Shown here piece by piece: positions 36,601 to 47,544 of a stretch of DNA of 64,000 bases. A model generated the notes under the pieces. It made no database searches. It worked only from the letters and a program-made list of their open reading frames with translations, and was not told where the DNA came from. Numbering within the stretch: position 1 is the first letter of the stretch; every line of letters begins with the position of its first letter. Source of the stretch: Dendrobates tinctorius (lineage: Eukaryota); contig NW_027361725.1 of NCBI RefSeq assembly GCF_039654945.1, positions 8,742,001 to 8,806,000 of the forward strand. Reading direction: 5' to 3'. The position numbers were made by a program, and so were the translations under genes.

Positions 36601-39600
36601 GCAGTCAGCGTAGTAAGGCTGTGTGCCCACGTTGTGTTTTTTAAGCGTTTCCGCTGCGGAAACGCTTACAAATGCTAACAAAACGCATTCTCTTGCAATC
36701 GTATGAGATTCCGCAGTTGCTGTGCCAATGCTGTGGATTTTTCCGTTGCGAAATCGCATAGAGGTAAAATCCGCAGCATGTCCATTAATTCTGCGGAATC
36801 GCGGCAATTCCTCTGCCATAGGATTGCATTGAAACGCTCACTTTATGCATGTGGCTATGCCCACCATGCGTAAAGTGAGCGCTTCATGTGCAGATGGTAC
36901 CCAGGGTCTGGAGGAGACGAGACTCTCCTCCATGCCCAGGGTACCATATTCCTGTAAAAAATGGAATTAAAATAAATAGGGATATACTTACCCTCTGTCG
37001 GCCCCCGGAGTCCTCCCGGTCCTCATCGGCGCTGCTGGCAACTTCCGTTCCCAGGGATGCATTGCGTGAATGACCTCTGATGTAGCAGTCTCGCCTGACC
37101 GCTACGTCATCAGAGGTCACTTGCGCAATGCATCCCTGGGAACGGAGGTTGCCGGCAGCGCCAATGAGGACCGGGAGGACTCCGGGGGCCGACAGAGGGG
37201 TAAAGTATATCTCTATTTTTTATTTTTTATTTTTTTTAACATTCTATCAATAGTAAAAAGTTGGTCACACTTGTCAAGCGCTATGCTTGACAAGTGTGAC
37301 CAACCTGTCAATCACTTTTCCAAGCGATGCTTCAAATCGCTTGGAAAAGTGCTAGCATTCTGCAAGCTAAAAATGCTTGTGTTTTGTGGGAAAATGCATG
37401 CAAATTCCGCATGAGTTTTACCTGTGGCGGGGAGATGCGGAAATGCTGCGGACAATTCCGCAGCATTTCTGCAATGTGGGCACATAGCCTAAAGAGGTGC
37501 TGGCTGTCCTGGGTAACCAAAGTAGCCGACTAATGAAAATGAACCGAACTGACAGGAAGATCTAGGAATTTTTTATTCGCTGACCCTGGAGCTCACACTT
37601 AGCTTTTCACCTACTTGATAAAAACGGACGGATTAGAACGTCACTTGGCTTGTCACTCTCTGTACCCCTACCCAACATAACTGTGATCTGTTTTGCTTTA
37701 ATAAAATATGAGCATGCTAAACAGACCTTTTAGGGGGGTCTCTACTCACATTAGCCTGTCAGCCCTTATCGGCAGCTTTGGATGATTTTAGCCTAATGTC
37801 TATGGGGACCTTAATTTGCCCCTCGCTCATTTAGCTTCTCTTTAGATGTATTCAGATGTATTTACTTATGCATTTTGTTTATTTTTCTTGACCATTTTGC
37901 TTTCCTTCCTAGTTTGTGAAAACGATCCTGTCTCAGGGACACTTGACGCCTCTTCCGCTGTTCGTGAGCCCCGTGTACTGGGCGTATGACTATACTTTGC
38001 GATTGTATCCTCTTCCTGATTTAATAGTCATCGCAGATAAATACGACCCTTTCTCCATCTCCAATACAGAGTGTCTTACCATTAATCCTGTAAGAAAGCC
38101 TCTTTATTACCTCTGCCTGTTTATTCCTGTTGCTGAAGTTTTCTTTCAGCTCAGTATTTGCAAATTAGCTGCATACATACCGAATCCATAATAGAGCAGC
38201 AGGGTAGGTGAAACTTCCCAGCTCAGAGAATATGCACAGACAATGGTGGTGCCGCTTCCTATCAACAATGTTGTTTTACCCATTGCATATGCAGGGTAGA
38301 GCCGCATTGTTTTCACTCCTTGGTTAGCATCTCAACCTGCTGATCTACAGACCTATTGATGTTAAAATCATGGTGAACAAAGGGGATTTGCATAGTAATG
38401 TAGAGCATTCCTTTCACACATGCACCCAAGCCTGTGACTCAGTCACCTACTGAAATGTTTTAAGATATGTTAAGTCCACTTACATTTTCATTCAGTTTGT
38501 GTTTCTTCCAGTAATAGCCTTTAGTTAAGGCTCTTGTGCCATAAAAAAGGCTTTATGAAAGTATTTGAGCTTAATTGCACAACAACATGACCACTTCTGC
38601 GAGTTATGATCAGAAACCTATTCACTTATAGTTATATACGGTCATCGTGTAAGTAGTTGATGCATTTTGCACACGTGTCACTGAAGATCACATTTGGCAA
38701 TTAATGTCTGGCCTACATAAACTGCGGTTGGTAATTGGTTCAGTATGTCAGTAAATTAGATGTAACCCCTCGCTGAATTATGACTTTGAAAATGTTTAAA
38801 AATATCATAATGTACTAAATTTACCACATGGTAAAGCAGCTGCTCACTTGTCACAGAGGAGAGGTCATTTTGTACTACACAGCATTTATTCCTTCTTAAT
38901 TGACATTTTTGCAGGGTTCATTTCCAAGAAGTGGATTCTCCTTTAAAGTCTATTATCCATCTAATAAAACAGCAGAAGATAGGTAAGAGTCTGGGTAGAA
39001 ATCCAGTACATGCAGGCGCTGCTCCGTTTGAAGCAGGGGTTCAGCGAATATGTCTCCCTACGTAAATCAGGTGGATTTCATGCTATTTCAACTTGTTTTA
39101 AGGATTTCTCCCTTCATTAAAAGTCATCACCTATCCAAAGGATCTGTCTGCTAGTACCCACACTGATCCCGAAAATAAGGCTTTGAAATGCCTGTTTGGA
39201 ATAAGGCCGCATTCACAAATCCATGTCACGATTTAGTGTTGGACCAGAAGTCTCTTCACGCGCCCTCAACAACTCCATACATATTTGCAGCTGTCAGGTT
39301 CAAATTAGGAGACCTGCAGCCGATCCATTCTCCGATTTTGACTCGAGGTTTGAACGCGGCCTAAAGCGATGGCTGCACATACACCCACTATTACATTCAT
39401 TGTCTATTGGACTGAGAAAAAATTTAGATGGGTCACATGTTTTATGCAAAATATATGCTGGTTCACAGCACCTCAATATGAAAATTATTATACAGGTTTG
39501 TCATACTCATTAAGGCGTGCACGTCCTATCCAAGAGTCCTTCTTAGAAAAATAGAGTCCACTATATTCGAAAAACAGCGTTTCACACATTGGTGAAAAAA

Positions 39601-42600
39601 AGAACTTCACATTTAATCCGCCTTCTGTGGCACCGTTTCAATCCCAATGATCTTTATCAAGCCCGATAAAGATCATGGAGTGCTGTTTTTTCATTATTGG
39701 GGTCACATCTTTTAATCATGAGAAAATCATTTTTATATTGGGTGAACATCAGCTGATTCTACCAGTCTTGTTGGGACTGTATGACCATCTGACATGTATG
39801 ATGGTGTCTTGACTTTCTCCAGAATCAGGAAAGATGGATTAATCTATTTGATTTCAATGTTTCTGATACTTGGTCATATCCCACCAAGGACAACATCTGC
39901 AAGGAGTTTGTATGTTCTCCCCGTGTTTGCGTGGGATTCCTCCAGGTTCACTGGTTTCCCCAATGGGGACCATGCCGATAATGTATGTAAAGTGTTGTGG
40001 AATATGATAGCACTATATAAGCAAAGCATAATAAGTAATAATAAACCACATAAAACATAATTGTACCCGATGAATGAGCTTTGCAAGATCATCAGGTGAT
40101 TGGCAGCCAAGATAATAGTCAATGGAGCATTTTTATCTATGCTCATTCAGGATTATCTTGAAGCTTAACTTTTGTCACCCCACTGGGAACATGGGAAAGG
40201 GCAAGGGGTGATACAAGGGATAGATTTCAGCAGTATGAGCACATGTAAAATAGTTCAAATATATGGCTGCCTTTAATGTTATCTTACTGCTAAAAGGTAA
40301 TTAGATTATTTGGAAACACATTGCCTTTCCCTTGCAATGTGATTCTCCCCCTTGATAAAAACTTGCCAAGTGATCACATTTCCTGATTTCCCAGTGCAGA
40401 TGGGTGTCTGATGGCCAGGCATGTGAAGGAGTCTTGGGTGTGAAGTCCATGACCTTTACGAATTTAGCTCCATGGTGGTACACACTTATCACATCATCCT
40501 TATTTCTGACACCACTCTATTGATCTACAGAAACGCACAGCACGTAAAACACATTTAATAGTAGCTTTCATAAGTGCGGCTTGTGCTGGATTTAGAGGCA
40601 TTTTGTGTGGTTTTTTTTGTTGGTAAATCAGGTCTTTTTATATTGTGACCAAGGAAATTAACCAACATTTTGTTCCGTTTTAGAAACAAACATCAAACTT
40701 TATGAAAAACAATAATTGCAAGAAAGAAAAAAGAAATTGCATTTAAATAAAGATTAATAAAATATACATTTTATTGAAACCAAAAAATCTCATAAATAAG
40801 CAAAATAAAAAATGGAAAGTAACAGTGAGTGGCACACCACAGGAGACACACAGTTACATACAGACAAAAATGAATCGGGTATTATATGGTAACAGTCCAG
40901 TAGTACAATGACAAAAAGACACTATATGTACCTACCAATATAATGAATTACAGCAATCGAGTATAACAAGAGAAAAAAGCTCCTTGTTCAATGAGAACTA
41001 ATGCTAGTGAAATGCAAGACCTGTGGTTAGGAGCCAAGTATTTATATTGTAACCAAGAGAATCTTGACAGGACTAAAAAAATCATTATGTATAGGGAAGT
41101 CACAAAAATACTGAATAGATATAATCCATACTATCACATGAATGCCTTGCAGGCCATCAAAGCTATACAGGAGTGCCTAGTTTCCCATAAGTTGGTGTCA
41201 CAATAAACACAGACATAACAAACATGAAATTCAACCATATACAACCTGATTGTGGGATGAAGGTAACCCAACACACGTAACGTGTCAGCTTTTTCGGGGT
41301 ACCCGAAGAACTTCACTATACATAATTTTTTTTTTTCATTGTATTTTTGAGATATTTTTTGGTTTCAAGTAAATGTTCTATTTTATTCATGTTTATTTAA
41401 ACGTAGTAAATATGAATGATCACAATGACGCTCCTGACTAGCCTGTTAACCCAATTGCAGGTAATCCAACCAATCCACTTGTTGCTAAAATTGAAATAAA
41501 ATATCAAATTGTGAGCCTGCGTTTAGGAGGAGATATCGGTATTATCTAAGTATTCCCTCTGCTAGGGATTCTAAAGTAATATGTGTAGACACCACTCAAC
41601 CTACAGTAGTGATGTGCACAGAATAGGTTAGTATCCTTATAGTGTCTTCATAGAAAAATAAAATTAGGCATGTATATTTATTGAAAATGTCTTTTTATCA
41701 CATCTCTAACTTTAAACATCAAAAACCTCAAACTATAATATAATTCAAGATGGGGGACCTATGGATCGACTGGAAAGAAAGGATCCAGAAGGTCCAACAG
41801 TGTTTTGGGGGGCTTAATCCAAAACGGAGCCCACTGTGTGTGCACTCTACACAAATTGCAAATATTAAGAAATCACTTCAAGCACTGGAACAATTGCTGT
41901 TGAAAGATATGTGAGACTTATGGGAGGTTGCTACATTGGAAATATACTTCGCCACAGATGTTTATACCTAAAGGCCTCATGGTGCACAAAACACTCTCCG
42001 GTGACATTGGGGATCCTGATGCACTACGAGAGTGCGATCAGATGTGTAAAGAGTTCTCTAGACAAACTGTATCGTTTATTATATTGTTTATTATCGACAA
42101 CAACTTATGCATGGTAACAATGAGATATCACAATTGTTTAGGCAAATTAAGCCTTTTATTACCTCGAAATATTAATACTAGAATTAAAACTAAGGAGAAA
42201 GAGATTATTGAACGAAAACTTCGCAAATTTGGCAGGGATCTAGTGCCTGGATTCCGTAATAGGCCAGTAATCAATACTGGAGAGTGAGGAACAGCAGAGC
42301 TTATTACCTTAGATGAGCCACACTATAGTTCAGATCTAAATGACGGTATGAGAGTCTTTCTGTACACACTATGTCTTGAACGCATCACAAGTGGTAGAAT
42401 CTGTATATAACCATAGTGAAGCGACTAACTGCTCCCCATTACCCCATGTACCACTATGCAAAACCACTACCACCAGGTACGTGGTGAAATAAAATGAATC
42501 TGACAATATCACCCCAGCAGCAACAATGAAAACTCTAGGGGTAGCACTTAGAAAATCTCGATACCTCCTCCTAAGCGCAGATTCACAATTTCATATTTTA

Positions 42601-44367
42601 TCTAAGTGTAATTGCTTTCTTCTTTCTTGGAATTATTGATTTATCTGGAAGTGCGTATAATAATAGACCAGACTTTGTTTGGATACCTATATGACAATTA
42701 ATTCACAGATTTCTCAACTTTTTCCATATACATCTATATTTGCAAATTACATAGTCACTTAGTGGAAAAACAAATAAATGAATACAGCCTGCCTACTCAC
42801 TGCACTAAAAAAGGAATGTTACTCGGATGGAAATGTGTTTATATTATGCAGCATAATACCTGATGACGTGAATAAATGTTTATGGACCTCTATAAGATTC
42901 TATAGTGTTGTCTAATTTATGATATGGAATTTGATAGTTTAGTGTAGCTAAGATTTTTTTACACCGGGTAATTAGCCATTGTTCCCATATATTTACACTT
43001 TTTTTAGTGCATTTCTTTTAATGTACCCTTTCCATACATAAAATATTATTTTAGCTGGCTGTCTATTGTTAGTTTTTTTATTTACCTTGTTAGGGTGGTA
43101 TGGTCTATCCAATGCAATGTCAGTTTCTAGCTTTCTGGCATTCACAAAATGGCTGTATCAAGAATCTGAATCCACACCCTCCCTCAAAAGACATAGAATG
43201 CTGATTTTTTTATTTTCTTTTGTTCTAGCTGTAATTGTACCCCAAATACATGTTCTATAAGGGCAATAGCCCAATTCCAACAGCTCCCTATATTTATACC
43301 TTCCCACATCATGCGCATTAGGTGGGCTCCCCTGGACATGTATCATCCACCCGTACTCCAATTAAAATACTTTGGAGTCTTATTCACTGTGAATAAGGAA
43401 AAGTTGGGATAACCTTTAGGACTCAGACACAAGGATAGTTTAGATGTTAAGTCCAGCATTTCATTGCTTTGCTTCTCAGATCTGGGACCCAAATCTCCCT
43501 CCTGTTTTGTTGTATCTAGATAGAGATAATTGTGTGTGTATATATAGACAAGACTAAGGGTCCCGTTTCACATAGCGATGTACCAGCGATCCCGACAACG
43601 ATACGACCTGGTAAGGATCGCTGGTGCGTCGCTAGTAAGCTGTCAAACAGGCAGATCTACTCAACGAAGTAGCAATCTGACGGCGATCCGTATAAAGACC
43701 TCGGCGGTCGTTGGTACCTTGTCACACAGCAGCGATTCTGACGACTCACTCCTGCGTCCCTGAGTTCTGTGTCGCCAACGAGGTCTCTCGTCAGCATCAA
43801 ACAGCGATGGGCGCTGGCCAGCGGGACACCAGCGATCAAAAAATGGCTCAGGACATTCGAGCATGATCAGCGATATCCAGCGTGGGGGGGGGGGGCGTTC
43901 GCCACTATTTGTCGCATGTAACGAGATCGCTGGCAAGGTCGCTGTTGCGTCACAAAATCTGTTTCATTTTAACGATTTCGTTATGCGAGACGGGGCCTTA
44001 AGCTCCTTGTATACAGATGTGCTAATTGCGTCAACTAGAATTTGATTTTCTCTTAGTTGTGTACACAATGCAATTGCAAATATTGGTCCAAAAAATTTTT
44101 GGAAAGTTAAAATCGGTGTTTTATTGTTCAAAACTTTTAAGTGAGCAGCCTCAGCAACTGAGATGCCATGAGTATAGCCCTATGTTCCAAATTGCTAAAA
44201 CCTACTAATTTCTATATTTCAGATAGTTCCCAATATTACCTCTACCACACACTGTAGATCATATTTTGAGTCATTCTCTTGGGGAAGTCCAGCTTTAGAG
44301 GCTTTTATTGTTGTGATGTAAAATAACATACTTTTTTTTGTGTTTCAGCAAACTGCAGAATGTGTGA
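4906..44367 (+). CDS. POLE2: DNA polymerase epsilon subunit 2, complete, 19 exons, 527 aa
   Basis: join(4906-4973, 8918-9018, 10429-10504, 11940-12017, 13378-13471, 13635-13709, 13894-13977, 27554-27610, 28580-28628, 28716-28788, 29004-29176, 32016-32105, 32955-33009, 34873-34932, 35046-35123, 36014-36122, 37913-38089, 38915-38982, 44349-44367) = 1584 nt, one open frame; colinear with recalled human POLE2. Confidence 0.97.
5533..7540. repeat. 41-bp minisatellite, 49 copies
   Basis: Unit CGGAGAGGCGTGTCTAATCCCGTCCTGTGTGACACAGCCCG, near-perfect. Confidence 0.97.
7740..8301. mobile_element. Palindromic MITE (T2-like), same family as 50184-50499
   Basis: Long inverted arms sharing GCTTATCTACAGCATT..GTAGATAAGC and TATACTCACC/GGTGAGTATA. 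Confidence 0.75.
8306..8647. mobile_element. PIF/Harbinger-like MITE
   Basis: TAA|GGCTGTGTGCCCACA ... TGTGCACATAGCC|TCA; same TIR as 36617-37489. Confidence 0.7.
8918..9018 (+). CDS. POLE2: POLE2 exon 2
   Basis: [40 protein letters not shown]. Confidence 0.94.
9140..9238 (+). mobile_element. LINE (L2/CR1-type) 3' end
   Basis: ctgtaaagcgctgcggaatatgttggcgctatataaataaa plus (TAT)n tail. Confidence 0.7.
9405..10078. mobile_element. Penelope-like remnant with inverted terminal arms
   Basis: 9407-9513 is inverted at 9975-10078; internal ACGCGCGTTTCG hammerhead-remnant motif at 9923-9934. Confidence 0.55.
9515..9677. mobile_element. hAT-type palindromic MITE
   Basis: CAGAGGTCCCC...GGGGACCTCTG TIRs, 8-bp TSD GTATATAC. 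Confidence 0.85.
10429..10504 (+). CDS. POLE2: POLE2 exon 3
   Basis: [31 protein letters not shown]. Confidence 0.94.
10875..11678. repeat. Long inverted repeat (arms about 340 bp), probably Penelope-like
   Basis: 10875-11218 is inverted at 11321-11678 (e.g. AGAGTGCCTCACCAAGGAGA / TCTCCTTGGTGAGGCACTCT). Confidence 0.75.
11940..12017 (+). CDS. POLE2: POLE2 exon 4
   Basis: [32 protein letters not shown]. Confidence 0.95.
12071..12773. mobile_element. Tc1/mariner (pogo/Tigger-like) non-autonomous element
   Basis: TA|CTGTATTTTGCGGATTGTAAG ... CTTATAATCTGAAAAATGTGG|TA. Confidence 0.7.
13378..13471 (+). CDS. POLE2: POLE2 exon 5
   Basis: [31 protein letters not shown]. Confidence 0.95.
13635..13709 (+). 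CDS. POLE2: POLE2 exon 6
   Basis: [25 protein letters not shown]. Confidence 0.95.
13894..13977 (+). CDS. POLE2: POLE2 exon 7
   Basis: [28 protein letters not shown]. Confidence 0.95.
14842..15675 (+). mobile_element. Solo LTR
   Basis: TGTTAGG...CCTAACA termini, 5-bp TSD GAATT (14837-14841, 15676-15680), TATAAAA near 15056. Confidence 0.85.
16942..18810 (+). pseudogene. DIRS ORF1 (gag-like), frameshifted and interrupted by a MITE
   Basis: [14 protein letters not shown], CxxC..Cxx[33 protein letters not shown]; ends at ATGA. Confidence 0.75.
17874..18280 (+). mobile_element. Harbinger-like MITE nested in DIRS ORF1
   Basis: TAA|AGGCCCTGTCACAC ... GTGTGACAGTACCT|TTA; closely similar copies at 30392 and 46271. 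Confidence 0.85.
18811..21420 (+). pseudogene. DIRS RT-RNase H-methyltransferase ORF, disrupted
   Basis: RT motifs in ORF 19390-20433, RNase H in 19665-20732 and 20757-21197; frameshifts, stops and a solo LTR insertion. Confidence 0.88.
18862..19662 (-). mobile_element. Solo LTR nested in the DIRS RT gene
   Basis: TGTGACGT...ACGTGACA termini, TSD CTTTC/CTTTG; removal restores VGGRLL-CFSHAW; internal repeats of about 60 bp; strand inferred from purine skew. Confidence 0.8.
21420..22422 (+). pseudogene. DIRS tyrosine recombinase, disrupted
   Basis: [60 protein letters not shown]. Confidence 0.88.
22423..25034 (+). mobile_element. hAT DNA transposon with degenerate transposase, nested in DIRS
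   Basis: TIR CAGGGCTGTGGAGTC / GACTCCACATCCCTG, 8-bp TSD GGCAGACG; [16 protein letters not shown] and [16 protein letters not shown] (hAT dimerisation domain) in 23283-24695. Confidence 0.92.
22594..22916. mobile_element. Harbinger-like MITE nested in the hAT
   Basis: TAA|GGCTACATTCACACACAGCG ... CGCTGTGTGAATCATGGCC. Confidence 0.7.
25318..26887 (-). mobile_element. Tc1-like transposon, near full length, nested in the DIRS terminal repeat
   Basis: TA|CAGTCATGGCCAAAAGT ... ACTTTTGGCCATGACTG|TA; transposase 26524-25510 with [14 protein letters not shown] and [11 protein letters not shown]; one in-frame stop and one frameshift. Confidence 0.95.
27554..27610 (+). CDS. POLE2: POLE2 exon 8
   Basis: [19 protein letters not shown] followed by U12 donor ATATCCTTTC. 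Confidence 0.93.
27632..27690. repeat. (AT)n microsatellite in the U12 intron
   Basis: Pure AT run. Confidence 0.95.
27920..28420. repeat. GC-rich degenerate direct/inverted repeat array (CCAAT and TTTGAA rich)
   Basis: Repeated GGCTCAGCCAATGAGC / ATTGGCTGAGCC and GGGATTTGAATC / GGATTCAAATCC. Confidence 0.75.
28580..28628 (+). CDS. POLE2: POLE2 exon 9
   Basis: [16 protein letters not shown] after the AC acceptor. Confidence 0.92.
28716..28788 (+). CDS. POLE2: POLE2 exon 10
   Basis: [23 protein letters not shown]. Confidence 0.95.
29004..29176 (+). CDS. POLE2: POLE2 exon 11
   Basis: [57 protein letters not shown]. Confidence 0.96.
29760..31710 (+). mobile_element. 5'-truncated L1-clade LINE ORF2 remnant
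   Basis: [35 protein letters not shown] zinc knuckle; AATAAA with A tail near 31699. Confidence 0.85.
30392..30786 (+). mobile_element. Harbinger-like MITE nested in L1
   Basis: TAA|GGGCCTGTCACAC ... GTGTGACAGTACCC|TTA. Confidence 0.85.
32016..32105 (+). CDS. POLE2: POLE2 exon 12
   Basis: [29 protein letters not shown]. Confidence 0.95.
32433..32492 (+). mobile_element. 60-bp deletion derivative of the hAT family at 22423
   Basis: GCTGTGGAGTC...GGTTTGGCTTACCGACTCCACAGCCCTG with 8-bp TSD CTTGTAGC. Confidence 0.8.
32509..32896. mobile_element. Harbinger-like MITE
   Basis: TTA|GGCTACTTCTCCACGGTC ... GACCATGGAAATGTACCC|TAA. Confidence 0.6.
32955..33009 (+). CDS. POLE2: POLE2 exon 13
   Basis: [17 protein letters not shown]. 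Confidence 0.94.
33353..33908. mobile_element. Harbinger-like MITE (related to the 17874 family)
   Basis: TAA|GGGCCCCGTCACACATAGCG ... GTCACGGGGGGC|TTA; shared CAGCGATC/GATCGCTG repeats. Confidence 0.7.
34873..34932 (+). CDS. POLE2: POLE2 exon 14
   Basis: [19 protein letters not shown]; CAGCAG tandem acceptor. Confidence 0.93.
35046..35123 (+). CDS. POLE2: POLE2 exon 15
   Basis: [25 protein letters not shown]. Confidence 0.95.
36014..36122 (+). CDS. POLE2: POLE2 exon 16
   Basis: [36 protein letters not shown]. Confidence 0.96.
36617..37489. mobile_element. Harbinger-like MITE with internal hairpin
   Basis: TAA|GGCTGTGTGCCCAC ... GTGGGCACATAGCC|TAA; palindrome about 36990-37202. Confidence 0.85.
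37913..38089 (+). CDS. POLE2: POLE2 exon 17
   Basis: [59 protein letters not shown]. Confidence 0.96.
38915..38982 (+). CDS. POLE2: POLE2 exon 18
   Basis: [22 protein letters not shown]. Confidence 0.95.
39880..40045 (+). mobile_element. V-SINE-like fragment with LINE-type tail
   Basis: GGAGTTTGTATGTTCTCCCCGTGTTTGCGTGGG core and TAA-rich tail. Confidence 0.65.
41880..42290 (+). pseudogene. Degenerate ORF resembling the N-terminus of amphibian Penelope-like elements
   Basis: WEVATLEIY / [10 protein letters not shown] motif recalled from such elements; flanked by AT-rich inverted segments (about 40710 versus 42610). Confidence 0.4.
43558..43997. mobile_element. Harbinger-like MITE
   Basis: TAA|GGGTCCCGTTTCACATAGCG ... 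GCGAGACGGGGCC|TTA. Confidence 0.75.
44349..44367 (+). CDS. POLE2: POLE2 exon 19 (terminal coding part)
   Basis: tttcAG|C AAA CTG CAG AAT GTG TGA = (S)KLQNV*, matching recalled human C-terminus SKLQGF. Confidence 0.88.
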
Positions 44368-44490
44368 CTGGACGACAAGGATAAATTTGTGGTGACCGAA
44401 GATTTTAAGACGCTCTCCATACAAAAAAAGTGTGCTTTTTAATGTACATTTTGTGTATTTTATGTATTTGCGAATTAGAAAATGTTTTGT

Positions 44491-44496
44491 AATAAA
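44491..44496 (+). terminator. POLE2 candidate polyadenylation signal
   Basis: AATAAA about 125 nt after the stop; a second AATAAA near 44526. Confidence 0.6.
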
Positions 44497-44785
44497 CAAT
44501 CAGTAAATTATTGTACTGGGTTCACAATAAATTCAGAAATGATACAAGATGGTTTGCAGGAGTCATTGCATTGTGTTTTCCATTTGCTACTTCCCTTATC
44601 ATAAGTGATTCACAAACACAAATCTATGTAAGAAGTATCTAAGGCTATGTTCACATGTTAATTTTTTTTGTAACTTTTTTTTTAAGATGCACATTTTAAG
44701 CTGTGTTTTACAGCACTAAAAGCTGGCACCATAAATATATTATCTATTATTATTAGATACTTTATCAGTAAGTATATATGAAATA

Positions 44786-45480
44786 CAGGGTGGGCCATTT
44801 ATATGGATACACCTAAATAAAATGGGAATGGTTGGTGATTTCAACTTCCTGTTTGTGGCACATTAGTATATGGGAGAGGGGGAAAACTTTTCAAATTGGG
44901 TGGTGACATGGCAGCCATTTTGAAGTTGTCAAGTCGGCCATTTTGGATCCAACTTTATTTTTTCCAATGGGAAGAGGGTCATGTGACACATTAAACTTAT
45001 TGAGAATTTCACAAGAAAAACAATGGTGTGCTTGGTTTTTAACGTAACTTTATTCTTTCATGAGTTATTTACAAGTTTTTCTTTGTTTACAGCCATTGAC
45101 ATGTCGCAGAGGTTAACACGTGGGGAGCGGATAGAAATTGTGTTGATGTCTAGTGAATGCAGTACCTGGGTCATTGCAGCAGATTTCTTTGCAAGACACC
45201 CTATGCAAGAAAACTGTCACCATTTTATTTAGGTGTATCTATATAAATGGCCCACCCAAAAAAGTTTGCCTCATCACTGAACACAATGTTCTGTGTAAAC
45301 TGAGGGGCCTGTTCCAATTTTTTGTTTTGCCCATTCTGCAAATTCAGCTCGCCGATCTGGGTTATCCTGGTTGAGATGCTGCAGCAGCTGGATTTTGTAA
45401 GGGTGCCATTTGTGAGTAGCTAATATCCGCCGAAGGGATGTTCGACTGATGCCAGATTGGCGCAATGAATTTGGAGAAGG
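44786..45480. mobile_element. Rearranged mariner-like (maT/rosa-type) element remnant
   Basis: TA|CAGGGTGGGCCATTTATATGGATACACC inverted at 45230-45257; minus-strand SRTSLRRILATHKWHPYKIQLLQHL..DRRAEFAEW and FSDEANF. Confidence 0.7.
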
Positions 45481-46270
45481 GGTAAAACAAAAATATAATA
45501 AATGTAAAGGACCAAAGTGATTGGTTAACACCTAACTAATAGGAATCACACAAAAGAAAGAAATGTAGATAACTATATCATGTAGAATAAAAACAACCTT
45601 TATTACAGAATATAAAATAAATAAACATACAACTAGCCAATGTAGTGGTCCACAAACCAGCAAATCATAATAAAGTATGATCAGTCTGGGAACATGATTA
45701 AGTCATAGCAAACCTATTGGAGGTTACAGGACCCCTGGATAACATAATAAATAGTAAATAGAAGTAGTAAATGTGCAATACAGTACTCCATAGATAATAT
45801 ATGTCCCCTCTTACGGCATTCCAAAGACAGACTATTAGCCCAGACCGAAAGATGTGTCAGATAAAAATGAACACAGAAGTAAATCATCTGTATTCATTTT
45901 TATCGGATGCATCTTTCGGTCTGGGCTAATTGTCTGTCTTTGGAATGCCTTAAGAGGGGACATATAGGCCGAGTCGGCACTCAGAAGCGGAGTGTGAGGC
46001 TCCATGTATTGCTATGTGGCCGCATGCTCCGCTCCTGAGTGCCGGGTATTAACGTGTGAGACTCGGCTGTATTCCTCGCAAGTGTGATCCTGGCCTTATA
46101 ACACCAGTTAGCTTAATTAATTTGTGCACATGGTACAAATTCCTCATTTTCTTTCCAAAAAAACATCTGGGCTAAGGCCTTCTGCTGTATACACAGATTT
46201 TCACTAGGATAGAAGGCTGCTATCATACAGATATCATTACATCTCGTCTGCAGAGAAAAATCAAGTGTAA

Positions 46271-46655
46271 AGGTACTGTCACATTTAGCGATGTGCCAGC
46301 GATCCCGACCAGCGATATGACGCGGTCAGGATCGCTGGTACATCGCTAGATGGTCGCTAGTGAGCTGCCACACAGGCAGATCTCACCAGCGACATCGCTG
46401 GGGACGGGGGTCGCTACTTACCTGTCACACTAGGCGATCCTGCGTCCTCCCGCACGGCTCCACGCTCGTCGCTCGTCTCTCCACAGGAAGCGCCGCAGGA
46501 AGCTGACGACGAGAAACGGTCCAGGACGTTCTCGCGCGATCAGCGATAACCAGCGGGGGAGCCGGTCGGAGGTAAGTATCAGACACAGTGATGTCGCTAG
46601 CAATATCACTATAACGTCACTAGTTATAGCGATATCTCTTAGTGTGACAGTACCT
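46271..46655 (-). mobile_element. Harbinger-like MITE (inverted copy of the 17874/30392 family)
   Basis: TAA|AGGTACTGTCACA ... GTGTGACAGTACCT|TAA. Confidence 0.88.
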
Positions 46656-47544
46656 TAAGTTAAACCTGTCTGGATTGTACCCCAATGATCTGTAAGGCCT
46701 CATTCAGACTTCTATCTTTCATGACTAGAACATTTGTCCCTCAAATCTATGGTCACGCATGGATCCTAATTGCTTATGGAAGTCTGTGCAAATCACATGG
46801 AAGGCATTGTGTACGGTCTGTGTGCTGGCTGTAGAGTAATGAATGCTTTTCGGTCTATTTATTCTTCCATATGTGATAGTGAAACTGACCCAACGCCTGT
46901 ATGAGCCACTGATGTACAGCAAGCCACGCTCTAACGCAGGAGGCAAGTCCCGGCTGTCTGACGGTGGAGGGGTTTATAGGACCCCCGATCGGTGGACCTT
47001 TAATAGCCTGCTCATACTATGGGTCAGCGCCCCAGGTAGTTCACAGTGTTAACCAGCGCAGCCGTGTGTACGCAGGATGACAACCATGATCCAAAAAAGC
47101 GAATTCCCCCACGGATGATGGTTTTGCTCATGGGCCGCATTCACTGCACGCTTGAGCTCCTGGGTTCGCCATCTTGGAGTGTAAATGCCCCTTTTTTGTA
47201 CAGATTGACCTGTGGCCCCTTTGCTCCCACCTCGTGTTTGGCTACTGATCATCTTCCACGTGTTAAATGCAGATTTACTCCAGATTTCGATTTGCCAATT
47301 TCATCCTTTATAATGGTAAACGGCAAATTAGCATCGAAAGCAGCAGGAATGCCCCCAGGAGGTGTCCTCCCCCGCCAGCGATCACACAGAAACCTTTCTG
47401 TGGCCCCTGTCACTGTAAATATAACATACAATAGAGCCCCCCATGCTGTGCTGCAGTGCATGCTGGGACACGGCCGCCCCCTCCCGCCTTGTGTATACAG
47501 CACACGCTCTGCGGCCGCTTATTCTGTAAATAACCGCGATCTCT

